DNA of 64,000 nucleotides from Mobula hypostoma (GCF_963921235.1 NC_086097.1:236656001-236720000); one strand, 5' to 3'. Positions 25,405-39,222 are shown, counted from the first letter of the stretch. Notes: generated by a model from the letters alone, not told the origin. Translations and numbers: made by a program.

Positions 25405-25717
25405 TCGTGTGGGCATGTGGCCAAGTGGTTAAGGCATTGGACTAGCAACCTGAAGGTTGTGGGTTCGAGCCCCAGCCAAGGCAACGTGTTGTGTCCTTGA
25501 GCAAGGCACGTAATCACATATTGCTCTGCGATGACACTGGTGCCAAGCTGTATGGGTTCTAATGCCCTTCCCTTGGACAACATCAGTGTCGTGGAGAGGG
25601 GAGACATGCAGCATGGGTAACTGCCTGTCTTCCATACATCCTTGCCCAGGCCTGCCCCCTGGAGAGTGAAGACTTTCCTGGCACAGATCCATATCCAGAT
25701 CTCGCAAGACTAATGGA
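25405..25717 (+). mobile_element. tRNA-derived SINE with CORE-like segment (copy 2)
   Basis: A-box GTGGCCAAGTGG, B-box GGTTCGAGCCC; perfect 12-bp TSD TGGCATTGCAAA (25393-25404 / 25718-25729). Confidence 0.85.
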
Positions 25718-26354
25718 TGGCATTGCAAAGCCACTGAGAATGAATCAAAGCCTATTTAACAATGCAATTGATTTTCATTTTTCATGAGTTTTGTACATGG
25801 GAAATGGAAACGATTTAATACTGAATGCTATATGTTATAGTCAAAGGACATTTTCTCCCCAAATGTGACACTAACATAAATTGTTTGTAATGCTAAAATT
25901 GAAAGAAGTACATGGTTTATAAACTGAAAATGGCCCTCAGAAATACAGGTAGGAGTGGCACGGACTGCAACGTAGCTTAAAGGTTGGAGTAACGCTACTA
26001 CAGCGCTAACGACCCGGATTCAATTCCACAACTCTCTCTAAGGAGACTGTATGTTCTCCCTGTGATCATATGGGTTTCCTCTGGGTGTTCCGGTTTCCTC
26101 CTACATTCCTAAAAACATACCGATTAGATTAATTAGTCATTGTAAATTGTCCCGTGACTGGGTTGGGGTTAAATAGGTGGGTTGCTGGGCGGTGCACCTT
26201 GTTGGGCTTGGGGTGGGGGTGCCCTGCAACTGTATCTCTAAATAAAATCAACATTTTAAATTGAATCTTTATGAATGACTCTGTTATTTTTAAATAATGT
26301 AAGTATTTAGTATAAATATTGATTTTATTTAATTTAATGATTGATTTGATTTAA

Positions 26355-26800
26355 ATTCTGTCAGAAATCTCAAAGCAACTGGTCATGGTAGAACTGACAG
26401 TTCCTTGGGAAGACCAGGAGGAGGCGATTGAACATAAGAAAGCCAAATACCAGGAACTGGTAGAGCAGTGCCAGAAACAGGGTGGAGGACACGGTGTGAG
26501 CCTGTAGAGGTGTGGTGTAGAGGTTCTGATGGCTGCTTGCTCCGTACAGCCTAACTCTCTCCTTGGCATTATTGGGGCCGTAAAGAAAGGAGCCATCAGG
26601 GCTGTCACAGAGGATGCTGAATGAATCTCCAGATGTCTATGGATCTAAAGGTGTGACCCGTGGACCAGTGCTGCTGGAACACAAGCCAGGGAAACAACCC
26701 TGGTTGGGTCACCTGGGCAAGAGTGTCTGATGTTGAAGAACTCGTAACATCCGATGATACCAGGTTACGTCACTCATGATGTGTCCCAGCACATCCTAGA
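26355..26800 (+). mobile_element. 3' end of an R2-superfamily (HERO-like) non-LTR retrotransposon, restriction-like endonuclease region
   Basis: From 26358: LSEISKQLVMVELTVPWEDQEEAIEHKKAKYQELVEQCQKQG then, frameshifted, WRTRCEPVEVWCRG; ELTVPWE / K..KY / PVEVG.RG pattern of the RLE domain. Confidence 0.78.
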
Positions 26801-27529
26801 AAGCATCTCAGCATCACTCACTTCATACAACAAAATATAAGTTAGATTTCAATTGCATTTCTGTTCTGAACTGCTCCTTCCTACTGGAATGAATGAGCTC
26901 ATTGCGTTAGCACAAGGTTAATCAGCTGCAGAGGTGAGCAAATTTCCCTCCCTATGTGCTGGGAAAACTGCAGAGCTTCATAGTCCCCCATTTGACTCCA
27001 GTTACAGCCAAACAGGAGTTAATCCAAGACCAATGATCATCTGGTCAGAAGATCAGGACTATTGCCTTCAGTATGAGTTCTGAAGACACATCCAGATAAT
27101 ATAGATCATAGAACATTACAACATAGTACTGGCTCTTTAGCCCACAATGTTTTGCTGACTTTTTAACCTACTTTAAGATCAATTTAACTCTTCCCCTCAA
27201 TATACCCCTCCACTTTTCTATCAACCATATGCTTACCTAAGAGTTTCTTCAATGCCCCTAATATATCCGCCTCAGCCATCAGCCAAGTAGTTACACACAC
27301 CCACCATGTCCATCACTTTTGTAAGATAGGCAATGCAATTACGACATATCTTTTACTAATTTTCAGCTCATCATCTATAAAACAACAGATTCTTCATTTT
27401 AGGTGCCCCATTTTACCAGTAACTGTCCTTATTTTAATAAAATGTATTTGAAGGACTGTATGTTAAAGTATGTGTCAAAATTCCATGATGATTGTCAGAT
27501 GTACAAAATGGCAGAGAAGATAGCTGTTT

Positions 27530-28128
27530 GTGGGTATACTTTAGGGATATTGTTGACATTGTCAACTTTTTCCTCTTGTCCTCACCTACCGTCCCATGAG
27601 CCTCCACATCCAACATGATATCCTTTGCAATTTCTACCATGTCCAAAGGGATCCTAGCACTAAACATATCTTTACTCCTCTCCCTCTCCACTTTCCACAG
27701 GGATTACTCCCTCCATGATTCCCATGTCCATTTGTTCCTCCCCACTAATCTCCCTCCAAGCGCTTATCCAAAAGCGGCTTAAGTGCTATACCTGCCCATT
27801 CACCTCCATTCAGGGCCCTAAACAGTCCTTCCAGGTGCAGCAACCTTTTACCTGCGAAACTACTGGAGTCATCTATTGTGACGGGTGCTCCTGATGCAGC
27901 CTCCTCGTCATTGGTGAGACCCATTGTAAATTGGGGGACCACTTCATTGAGCACCCCTCTCTATCTGCCAAAAGCAGAACTTCCTGGTGGCCATGCAATT
28001 TTCCTCCCCCTCCCCTCTTCATCTATTCCTCACATTGGCCTTTTACCTCTTCTCTCCTGTTTATCACTTCTCCCTAGGTCCGCTCCTCCTTCCCTTTCTC
28101 CTATGGCCCTCTCTCCTCTCCTATCAGA
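27530..28128 (+). mobile_element. Degraded Penelope-like fragment (GIY-YIG region)
   Basis: Homologous to the reverse complement of 17600-18200 (CAGGGCCCTAAACAGTCCTTCCAGGTG...ACTGGAGTCATCTATTG). Confidence 0.75.
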
Positions 28129-30378
28129 TGAATGTTCCCTCTCAGGTGTGCACGTGCACACATCTTTTGCTAATAGCACACAAAGGAATTTAAACTGGTC
28201 ACAGAAGATTGTCATCCTCTACCTTGTTGGCCAGTTAAGTATATTTCATGATTGTACACAATCACATTTCCTTTCCTGGTTTCTGATGCGGACATTGTTG
28301 ACAACGTGGAGCTTGCAATGATTTGTCTGCAGATTTTTGAACTGGCTTATTTATACTGTTTTTATTAAAGAAAGTATTGATTCACTCTGTCGAATTGCAA
28401 AGAAGCAAATGGCATGAAGTGCAAAAGAACTGCTAGTTCCTTTAAAACAGAATGGCTTAAAAAAAACTCTGAGCCAATAGAGTGGTCCTGGAATTATTTC
28501 CATCTGGCATAATTTACATATTATTATTTAATAATTTATGATTTTATATTGCTATATTTATACTCTATTCTTGGTTGGTGCCACTGTAACGTAACCCAGT
28601 TTCCCTCAGGATCAATAAAGTATGTCTATCTATCAATCTATCTATCTATCTATTATGATCCTTAGAATAGCTTTAGGTTTACTTACACTTAAAAATTCAA
28701 TGTGCACATATTGTTGTCACTGGGCAAAAAAAATTGCAGAGCACAAGATTTTTGTGCATGCTGGTCATTACAAATTAAAGGGAATGTTGTATTAGATTCC
28801 TTCTCCTCCAGCTCTTTACCTTTCCCACCCACCTGGGTTCACCTTCCAGCTAGCCACCTTCTCCCTCCCCTACCTTTTTATTCTGCCGTCTTCCTCCTTC
28901 CTTTCTAGTTCGAACGAAGGGTCTCAGTATCTTCAGTCTTTCTCATATTTATGATTTTTCTACAATTTTTTAGATTTTCAGCTAATCCTAGTCTGCTGCA
29001 TTTTTTTTTGTTCACTCTTGTTGAATCCATTGATTCTTTACATAAATCATCACCATGCCTAGCAGATTATGGAAACCGAAGGCAATACATCTAGGGTACA
29101 CTCTTTGAGATTGAAGGAAGTTTAGAGACCAACAACTAGAAGTGTTCCACTCAGGGTGAAGCGACCAGTCTGACTCCTGGTCAATTGAGTTTTAAGTTTT
29201 ATGAAATTTCCTACACACTGTGATCTGCATTGTCCAGAGCCAGTTTTTCATTAAATCATCTGACTTATCAAGGAAATTTACTTCAGAATCAGAAGCAGAA
29301 GTTTTATCATCAGGATCCTGCAGATCCCGATGAAAGGTTTCAACCTGAAACTTCAGCTCTTTATTCCTCTTAGTAGATGCTGCCTGAACTTCTGAGTTTC
29401 CCTAGCATTTTCTGTGTCTTAATCAGGTTTATTATCACTGGAATAGGCTGTGAAATTTACTCATTGTGCCAACAGTACAGTGTAATACATAAATATATAT
29501 TTACAATGAGAAAGATATAATAAAAAAGATAAATAATAGTGCAAAAAGAGAGCAAAAATACTAAGGTGATATTCGTGGATTCATGGACCATTCCAGAGGG
29601 AAGTACGCTGTTCCTAAAACATTGAGTGTGTGTGTATTCAGGCTCCTGTACCTCCACCCTGATGATAAGGGGTCATGAGAAGGGGCCATGTCCTCAATGG
29701 TGGGGGTCCGTCATGATAGATGCCACCTTTTGAGGTTTATCAAATGGAAATAGAAAATGCAAATGGGTGACAGTTTGCCTTAAACTTTATATGAGAGAGC
29801 AAAGTCAAAAGTCCTTCCCCTCACCCTGCGACTTCATCGCATTTCCAAATAATGTTTGTAAAAATATCTCTGGCAGTCTTTGAAAAGTAACATATATTTA
29901 TCAGGGAAGAATTTAAGGTGAGTAATTGAGACTGTTGTTCTGTATTTAGATGTGTGGGGGTTGCTGAAGTGGTTTGTACATTCATTTAGAGAAGACATCA
30001 ATTAAGAAAGAAATGCATTCCCCTAATATCAGACAAATATTATTAAAGTTATTAATACATCTAAATGTGCACAGGGCACAGAAATGTTTTGATCTTGATA
30101 CAAGTTATTTCTGCAAGTTTTCAATGAAGTGGAAAACTCAGAACTTTCTGCAGTCACATTTGAATCTAAGAAGTTTTGATGCAAACTCCTTTTCCAGATT
30201 TAGGGTGTGATTTGGCAAAGCTGTAACTTCTGAGATACCAAAATCAGAAAAGTGACCCACACATTAAAACCATTATGTTTATTGTAGAGATACTTGAGAT
30301 GAAATGGTGATATCAAAGCAAAGGCAGATGTTTTACCATTTCATCTGAAGTGTTTATTAAAATCACAATACTCTACAG

Positions 30379-30458
30379 CAGGATTTCCCAGTCTTTTTTG
30401 ATGCCATAGACCCTGACCATGAACTAAGAGTTTCGTGGTCCCAGGTTGGGAACCCCTA
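30379..30458. mobile_element. 80-bp hAT (Charlie-like) MITE
   Basis: CAGGATTTCCCA...TGGGAACCCCTA imperfect TIRs; degenerate 8-bp TSD CTCTACAG/GCCTACAG; homologous to 52341-52424. Confidence 0.6.
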
Positions 30459-31824
30459 GCCTACAGAAACAAGATGCTGAGACAAATCAAACTTCCAAAG
30501 CTGAACTCATGCACAGGTGATGCCCTGAAATTGAGTTATATATCTAGATGAGAGTCTAGCCAATGAAGATTGCCAGTAGCATCTAAATCCCAAATAATAA
30601 ATGCAAAAAGAAAACTTACAAACAAAATTTTGCAATTTGAGTACTTTAAAAAATTTACATATAACCATATAACAATTACAGCACGGAAACAGGCCATCTC
30701 AGCCCTTTTATTCCGTGCTGAACTCTTACTCTCACCTAGTCCCATCTACCTGCAACATAACCATATAAGAATACAGTTGAACCATGTTTTTCCTGAAGGT
30801 TACAATTCAGAGATACTGAAGCAGAAAACCGCATTCTTTACAAAGGTTGAATCCTGCCAGCACTGCCATTTGAGGGAGAAAACCAAAAAGCCCCACGAAG
30901 TCAGTATTTAAAATAATGGGCGATTTCTTAACAAACTGGTGCACCAGTAGACCAGTCAAGGCTGATCTACCCGAGCATGTGCTTCTACATTCTCAGTTGA
31001 CAAGATTACCTATAAAACTACATTTTGCTAACAGAATGGTGCCTATAGGAAGTAACAGAATGGGTTCTGATTACAAAATAGAATGAATACCCACAGTTCT
31101 AACAGTAAATCTAATTTTGTATTATAACAATCAGTACATGCTATAATTAATGAAGCTCCTGAAATGAGTGTGTCATCATTGCTGCATTCTATGTCCCTTT
31201 ACCTTTTCCATCTATCACCCCCAGCTTCACACACCATGACCCCTTCCCTACCCACCTGGCTTCACCGATCACCTTCCAGTTTGTACTCTTTCCTCTCCCC
31301 TCCACCTTCTTGGTCTGGTTTCTTTCTCCTTCCTTTCCAGTCTCCTGAAGTGAGGGGTCTTGGCCTGAAATGTCGATCGTTTATTCCTTTCCATGAATGC
31401 TGCTTAACCTGCTAAGTTCCTGCAACGTTTTGTATGTGTTGCTCTGGATTTCCAGGATCTGCAGAATCTCTTGTGCTCACGTATTCCCTGGTCCCTCTGT
31501 TTTATGGCATACCTCGGAGTTCTACCATTCACTGTGCAAGTCCTATTCTGTCAACACCTCACATTTGATTGTATTAAATTCCATGTGCCATTTTACAGCC
31601 CATTTCCCCAACTGGTCAAGATCACGCACCAAGATCACTGCTACACCCCAATCTTGGTGCATTCCAACAAACTTTCTGATCCAGTTTATCACATTATCAT
31701 CAAAATCAGTAATATAGATGATAAACAAAAATGGACCAAAAATGATCCCTGCAGTTGTCTTTCTAATGTTTCTCCTGTTTTGCAGGTCTAGTTGTACTGC
31801 TTGTTACATATGTGACTATATGAT

Positions 31825-33195
31825 ATAGCACGAATTAGACCATTTGGCCTGTCAAGTCTGCTCTGCCATTTCATCATAGGTGATCCATTTCCCTCTCATC
31901 CCTGGATCCCTTCATGCCCTGACTAATCAGGAATCTATCAATCTCTGCTTTAGATATGCCCAATGACTCGGTCTCCACAGCCACCTGTGGCAACGAATTC
32001 CACAGGTTCACCACTCTCTGAGAAAATAAATTCCTCCTCACCTCTGTTCGAAATGGATGTCCCTCTATTCTGAGGCTTGTCCTTTGCTCTTAGATTCCCC
32101 CACCATAGGAAGCATGCTCTCCACATCCAGTCTATTGAGACCTTTCAACATTTGATGTTTCAATGAGGTTAAGAACATAAGAAATAGGAGCAGGAGTAGG
32201 CCATCTGGCCTGTCCAGTATGCTCCACCATTCAATAAGATATGGTTGATCTGGCCATGGACTCATCTCCACCCTCTTTCCCATAACCCTTAATTCCCCTA
32301 CTATGCAAAAAGCTATCCAACCTTGTCTTAATTATATTTGCCCAGTAGCCTCCTCTGCTTCACTCGGCAGAGAATTCCACATATTCACTACTCTCTTGGA
32401 AAAGCAGTTTCTCCTCATCTCCATCCTAAATGTACTCCCTCGAATCTTGAGGCTATGTCTCCTAGTTCAAGTCTCACCTACCAGTGGAAACAACTTTCCT
32501 ACTTCTATCTTATCTGTCCCTTTCAAAATTTTGTATGTTTCTATAAGATCTCCCCTCATTCTTCTGAACTCCAGACAGTATAGTCCCAGGCGACTCAATC
32601 TCTCCTCATAGGTTAACCCCTTCATCCCTGGAATCAACCTGGTGAACCTCCTCTGCACCTCCACCAAAGCAAGTACATCCTTTCTCAAGTAAGGAGACCA
32701 GAACTGCAGGCATTACTCCAGGTGCGGCCTCGCCAGTACCCTGTACGGTTGTAGCATAACCTCCCTGCTCTTAAATTCAATCCCTCTAGTAATGACGGCC
32801 AACTTTCTATTTGCCTTCTTGATAGCCTGCTGCACATGCAAACCAACCTTTTGCGATTCATGCACAAACACTCCCGAGTCCCTCTACACAGCAGCATGCT
32901 GTAACTTTTCACCATTTAAATAATAATTTGCTCTTTAATTTTTCCTTCTAAAGTGGATGACCATGAATTTACCAGCATTGTATTCCATCTGCCAGACCCT
33001 TGCCCGCTCACTTAACCTATCTATATCTCTCTGCAGACTCTCCATACCTTCTGCACAATTTGCTTTTCACCTTAATTTAGTATCATCAGGAAATTTAGAT
33101 ACTCTACACTCGGTCCCCTCTTCCAGATCGTTAATGTATATCGTGAACAGTTTGGGGCCCACTCACAACTGATTGCCAACCAGAGTAACACCCAT
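31825..33195 (-). mobile_element. Two adjacent CR1 LINE 3' fragments (better-preserved copy 32172-33195)
   Basis: RKDVLALVEVQRRFTRLIPGMKGLTYEERLSRLGLYCLEFRRMRGDLIETYKILKG. Confidence 0.88.
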
Positions 33196-33319
33196 CATTG
33201 TTTCCAGCTATAACTGCTTAGTTCCTGATGAATGCCACTCCAGTTGAAGCTCTCTGACCACTATTCAAAATGCATTCCTCAGATGAGCTCCCACTTTGCA
33301 CCTATTAACAGTGATTGAG

Positions 33320-34286
33320 AACCTTCTGAGATAATTTTGAAAACAAAGCTTTTTCTCTTCGTTTTGCCCTCCCGTCCACACTGAGCCGGCGTTTTCAGCC
33401 CCCGAAAACGGAGATTTTCGTAAACACTCTCCAGAGTGAATAAATCTGAAAACGCTTAATATCTGGTATAGTGTGTACGGGGTAACCGGAGAGATTTTAA
33501 CGCTGTCATGACAACACCACAACAACAATGCTTTTTTCTGCTTCTGCTTGGTACCGCGCAAGCTGTTATAATGCGCAGTCAGTATGAACGGCGTGAGAGT
33601 TAAGTTGTAAAGTGAGCTTTTTTGACTATTTAAAAACGCTATCATGACGTGCCGGAACAAATGTTCGTTGTTTTCTTGAACGCCACCACCTAACAATTCA
33701 GAACAGACGGATGAGACTGAAGCCAGTTGACCCATAGTTTACTGAATAAATAAGTATACTCACTTTGCCCTGTTTTCTGTCCTTGCTTGTATGAAGGTGG
33801 TTTACCTATTTATGCAAGTACTTCTCTGACAATAGATGTGTAACAGCCTAATGTAACATTGTATGGAAATACAAGATAACGCTGATGCAGACGTTTTATA
33901 CATTTAACAAGGTGCTTTATTAATGTAACAGAGTTAGTCAGTTTTTCACTGTTCGTCGTCAGCTGAGTCATACTGTCCGTGAACTCCCTGTCGGTTGCCT
34001 CCATACGCTCCAGTATTTTTTTTAAGTTTTAAGTCCTCCTGTGCGAGAGCCAAGAGCAATTCCTTTAAAGTTTTCCTACTCTGTAACTGGACAAACGCGC
34101 ATGAAGTATATCGTTTCCTCTTCGCTTGTTTTCTGTGTGTGTCCTGCGCATGCCCAGTAGGAGGAGATTCCCCCAAATATCCGCCTAATGTGGACGGAGA
34201 TATTTTGAAAAATGCTTAGTGTGGACGCCTGTCGTTTTCACTCGAAACCGGCGTTTTCAAAATTATCCGGCGTAGTGTGGACGTAT
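33320..34286 (-). mobile_element. PIF/Harbinger-derived non-autonomous DNA transposon remnant
   Basis: Repeated subterminal GTCCACAC / GTGTGGAC and GAAAACG motifs; right end AGTGTGGACGTA; CpG-rich; minus-strand peptide EDLKLKK...MEATDREFTDSMTQLTTN resembles the C-terminus of a Harbinger Myb-like ORF. Confidence 0.6.
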
Positions 34287-36340
34287 GGGTAACGGATAAT
34301 CACCTTCAAAGCCAATGCCCCAGGTGTCGAGCACATCACAAAATAATGAGCGCTTTGGCATATGGCAGGTAGTGACACGAATTGATCAGCCAAAGTTTCA
34401 TGCCAATGAAGTCCACAGCTATAGGAAATCCCTGTTAAAATTTATGAATTTAAGCCAATGAACCAGTAGACCAGTCCAAGATACATAAGGTGAAGCAACC
34501 AATGAAGTCAGCACCAGAGCAGCAATGTAGCACAGCAGTTCTTGCAGTCTTTACAGTGCCGGAAAATGCTGATTGGTGTTTGTTTCTCACTGGCGTCTGT
34601 GAGGAATTTTACATTCTCTCTTGTCTACATGGGTTTCTTCTGGGTGCTCTGGCTTCCTCGAACATCAAAGACATTCAGTTATGATTAGTGAGTTGTGGGC
34701 AAGATTTGTTGGCATCAGATGTGTGGTAACACTTGCAGACTGCCCCCGAGCACAATCCTTGTACTGTGTTGTTTGTTGACAAAATGATACTTTTCACTGT
34801 ATGTTTCAATGTACATTTGACAAATAAAGCTAAATTATATCTTTAAAAGAAATTCATTTCTAAAGTAAATGTATTATCAAAGTACATATATGTCACCATA
34901 TATTACCCTGATTCATTTTCTTGCAGGCATTCACAGTAGAACAAGGGAATACAACAGAATCAATGAAAAACTACACTGACTATCAATGTGCAAAAGGAGG
35001 CAAACTATTCAAGTACAAAAAGAAAACAAAGAAAAATAAAATAAATAAGTAAATAAACATTGCTGATATCATGAATTGTAGAGTCCTTGAAAGTGAGTCC
35101 GTAGGTTGTGGAGTCAGTTCAGTGGTGTGGTAAGTGAAGCCATACTGGGCCAGGAGCCTGATGGTTCAAGGGTTTTGCTCTGTTCACAGCAAGCAGATAT
35201 CATCAAAAGTTCAAAGGTAGAATTTAATGTCAGAGAAATGTATACAATATACATCCCGAAATGCTTTTTCTTCCCAACCATCCACGAAACCAGGGGAGTG
35301 CCCCAAAGAGTGAATGACAGTTAAATGTTAGAACGCCAAAGTCCTCCCCCATCTCCCCTCCCTCCTGCGTGTAAGTGGCAGCAACATAAACATATTAAAG
35401 ATGGAAATAGAGCTGTTTCCGAAGATGTAAGCAAAGGAGTTGCTATTTAGCGCCATCACCACTCCACTCTGCCTTCTTTGGTGCTACACTGCATTGATCA
35501 AGCAATCAGTCTGACTAGCTTCATCTCAGTTGTCCATATACCTAGGGTTTAAGGATCCATGTTATAAAGGCTTTCTGGGAGTGTGGGTGGTGGTGGGTGC
35601 AAGATTTGGAGTGGGTGCAGTTACATTGAGATGTTTCCTTCCACCTGCTCATATTCATCAATGTTCCATTGGAGTCTCTCCCTCAAAAACTGCAATTGTA
35701 AGTACAGGAAGGAGCAAAACGCATAGACGTCTCCTGAGACAGTGCTTGACTCCACACTGACGGTCAAGCACATTCATCACAAGTATTACACGACAGTTCT
35801 GGCATCTGTCGCAGTTATTTCACACTTCTGTTAGTGCAGCAGTCCTCTCCATTCAGAAGGCATCTCTCATGAGCCAGCAACAATTTAGGTTAACTTCAAA
35901 TCAGTTGCCTTGCGATGAATGACACTGGTATCCTCAGTAAGTGAGATGTTACAAGGTGTGAAATAATGCCAGCAATTGTCAAACCAACAGGATTCCTCAA
36001 TGCACTGACAGATGTTGACTGTCCTAAAGAACAGTACATTTCATTGCTCCCTGGACAGTGTAAGTCATCAGCAGAAATGCTAAATCAAGTTTTCTACAAG
36101 CAAAGAATGCAACTTCACTGTAAGTTCAGTAATAGTCCTTTTTTAAAAGTAAAAACAAACTACAGTCCGCTGGATTACAACATCTGGATATTGGAAGTTT
36201 GCCCTTATAAAAGTCAGAATTTCTACAAACAAAATTTTAGATGCAGAATAAAAACTTGCTGTCACAAATGCATGTGTTAATTTGTATTTTTATTTTCCTC
36301 TGAACTTCAAACCTTGCAGCATAAACAATAATAATATATT

Positions 36341-36922
36341 GAGCAACACACACAAAGTACTAGATGAACTCAGCAGGTCAGGAACATCTATGGAAGTGAA
36401 TGAACAGTCAATGTTTCAGGCTGAGACCCTTCATTGGAACTGCAAAGGAATGGGGAGGAGGACAAGATAGACGGTGATAGGTTGAGCCAGGTGGGTAGGG
36501 GAAGAGAGAATGAAGTAAGAAGCTGGGAAGTGATAAATGAAACTGACAAAGGGCTGGAGAAGAAGGAAGCTGATAAGAGAGGAGAATGGAACATGGGAGA
36601 AAGGGAAGAAGGAGAGGCACCAGGGAAAGGTGATAGGCAGATAAGAAGAGTTTCTTCCCCCTTCTCCACCCCTTTATCTTTTTCTCCAATCAACTTCCCA
36701 GCTCTTTACTTCATCTCCTCCCCACCTCCTGGTTTCAACTATCACGTTGTACTTCTTCCTCACCTCCCCCCACCTTCTTACACTGATTTCCTTTTGCTTT
36801 CCAGTCCTGAAGAAGGGTCTCAGCTCTGAAACATCAGCTGTTTACTCTCTCCCATAGATGCTGCCTCTAGAATTCTGTGTGTATCCTTTGGATTTCTAGC
36901 TTTGGCAGATTTTGTCGTGTTT
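36341..36922. mobile_element. Inverted pair of Penelope-like ends
   Basis: Minus-strand end (36341-36650) followed by a plus-strand end (36655-36922), each with a degenerate hammerhead core. Confidence 0.7.
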
Positions 36923-39085
36923 GATGTATATAATTGCCTCAGACTTTTGCACAACACTGTACCGGTTCAATATTGGGACAAGGGAAATGTGATGTGACAG
37001 TAAGGCAAAAGGAGATGTTTGAGCAAATGTTTTTGTATTGGTTTATCGTCACATAGGAAGATACAGTAAGAAGCCTGCCTTGCATACTGTTTATACAGAC
37101 TACCTCCTTGCCCAGTGCATTGAGGCAATACAAGATAAAATAAAAGCAATGCACAATAAAGTGTGAAATTTACCAATAGAATGCAGTGCAGTGAAGTGAT
37201 CAAGTGCGAGAACGTAACTAAGTAGGTAGTGATGCATTTTACTAAACAAAAGTCTGATGACAATCCTTGAGCCTGGTGGGACATGCTTTTATATCTCTGC
37301 CCAATGCGAGAGGGCAGAAGAGAGAATTGCTGGGGTGGGTGAGATCAATGATTATCTTGGATGTTATAGGAATAATAGAATTATGTAGATAGTGAGTATT
37401 AATCAAAAGAAACCCAGTGTTCAAAAAAAACAACTGAAGATTTAACTTCCACTGATACTTTAGGGCCATTCAAACAACAAATCATTGAATGTGGGACATT
37501 CAGATTCTGTGCCACGGGGAAGACAATAAATTTAGTGGTCATGTTAATTGGCCCTCATTAAAATGCTCATGATGAGACCAGTAAAGGCATTAACTGACAG
37601 TCTTCTGTATTAACATATTGTTAAAGACAGATTTATTTTATTTTATTTAGATATACAGTGTGGCCCAGTGAGCCATGTTGCCAAGCAACCCACCTATTTA
37701 ACCCTAATGACCAATTAACCTACTTTGGACTGTGGGATGAATTCAGAGCACCTGGAGATTATGGGGAACACATGCAAACTCCTCACATACAGTGCCTAAA
37801 CTGAACTCTGAGCTCCAACGCCCTGAGCTGTAATTGGGTTGCGCTAACCGCTATGGCCCACCTCTGCCACTTTGTATATTCAATTCAGGACACGTCCATT
37901 TTCTCACTTAATTCTGTCCGGCTGAAGGCTCTCGGCCTGAAACGTCGACTGTTTACTCACTTCCACGGATGCTGCCTGACTTGCTGAGTTCCTCCAGCAT
38001 TTTGCATGTGTTGCTTGGATTTCCAGCATCTGCAGATTTTCTCTTGCTTTTGTACATCTTTTCACTATTTGTACATCTAGAGAGCCATCCCTCAACACTG
38101 CAATTAAAGCAGTATATTTTCAGTGACAGGAGTTTTATGCTCAGAACTTTCAGACTAATATTTGAATATTCAAAAGGATTCTAATCATTTGTGATGTGTT
38201 CCCAATATTAATATATATTCTTCAAAATTCTACTCATCTGAACTCAAGTTCTTTCTATCCACTGAAACTATAGTTAATCGCTTAATGTTGACTTTGTGTT
38301 AAACATGACTGTGCGGTTCTCATTAAGATTTTGACTCCCTGTAACTATCTGTGTAGTGGAACTCATCTGCCACTGAGGCACTAATACATGTACGTTTCAT
38401 GTCATCTGTCTGCCACCAGACTGGATAATATCAGCCTATTCTTGGCCAATATCTGTAGTTCTATTTCCATAAAGTTACGTCCATCCTGAACTCTGCTGTA
38501 CCTGTCTTGACATTGGAAAGGTTCTGCGCATCCAGCACATCGGTTCTTGCTGACTTAATTACACACAGAGTTAAAAATAAAATTGTTTCTGTACTATACA
38601 GCTCTATGATTCAATGACTCAGCAGTCCTTAAATCTTGCTACAGCCTTGTCCATCTCTACATATATATAATCGTACAAAACCTTCATTATTTGCCAATTT
38701 CAACCTTTTGAACAGCCCTGAATTGGAAATTCTTTAATAGAGTTAATATTGATGTACATGCGATCGACTGCTGAACATTTCAATCTGGAGTCCAATCCCC
38801 AAATCTTCCCACTTCTATTATTTGTAAACAAACACAAAAAAAATCTTTTCATTTCAAAGCAATTTTATCAACTGGGCTAATATCTTTTTTATATTCTTTG
38901 CTGCCCATTTTTAGAAACAATAATTAGAGAGACAAAATTGCTGGCCTTTAATAGTCCGTGAGCCAGGACCCCAAATTTGGGCCACGGGTACCATCTGGGG
39001 GGAATAATTTGTATTGTGATTTTTGGCAAGGTATACAAGCCTAGTGCTAGAAAATATGTGATAGCATTGCAGCAGTGGTAGCTTT

Positions 39086-39222
39086 CTTGCCTGCAAGAAG
39101 AACCTGGTGTGGTGTGGCAAGGCAAACAGATCCAGAGAATCAGACAATCCCAAGCTGGACTGGTTATAATATCAGCACCAGGGATCAACAGCCAATCTCA
39201 AAAGATATTGTTGGGTATCTGC
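39086..39222 (+). pseudogene. Academ transposase, part upstream of the LTR insertion
   Basis: Reads ARQTDPENQTIPSWTGYNISTRDQQPISKDIVGYL and continues in frame as PTINSTATEL after 44080. Confidence 0.8.

Noticed and set aside
25410..25480. tRNA gene (also near 10240 and 60915)
   Set aside because: The A and B boxes are SINE heads followed by a SINE body, with TSDs on the 10240 and 25405 copies; no complete cloverleaf seen
29904..29916. 13-nt plus-strand micro-exon (TTTTATCAG|GGAAGAATTTAAG|GTGAGT)
   Set aside because: Not a multiple of 3 and has no partner exons; likely chance
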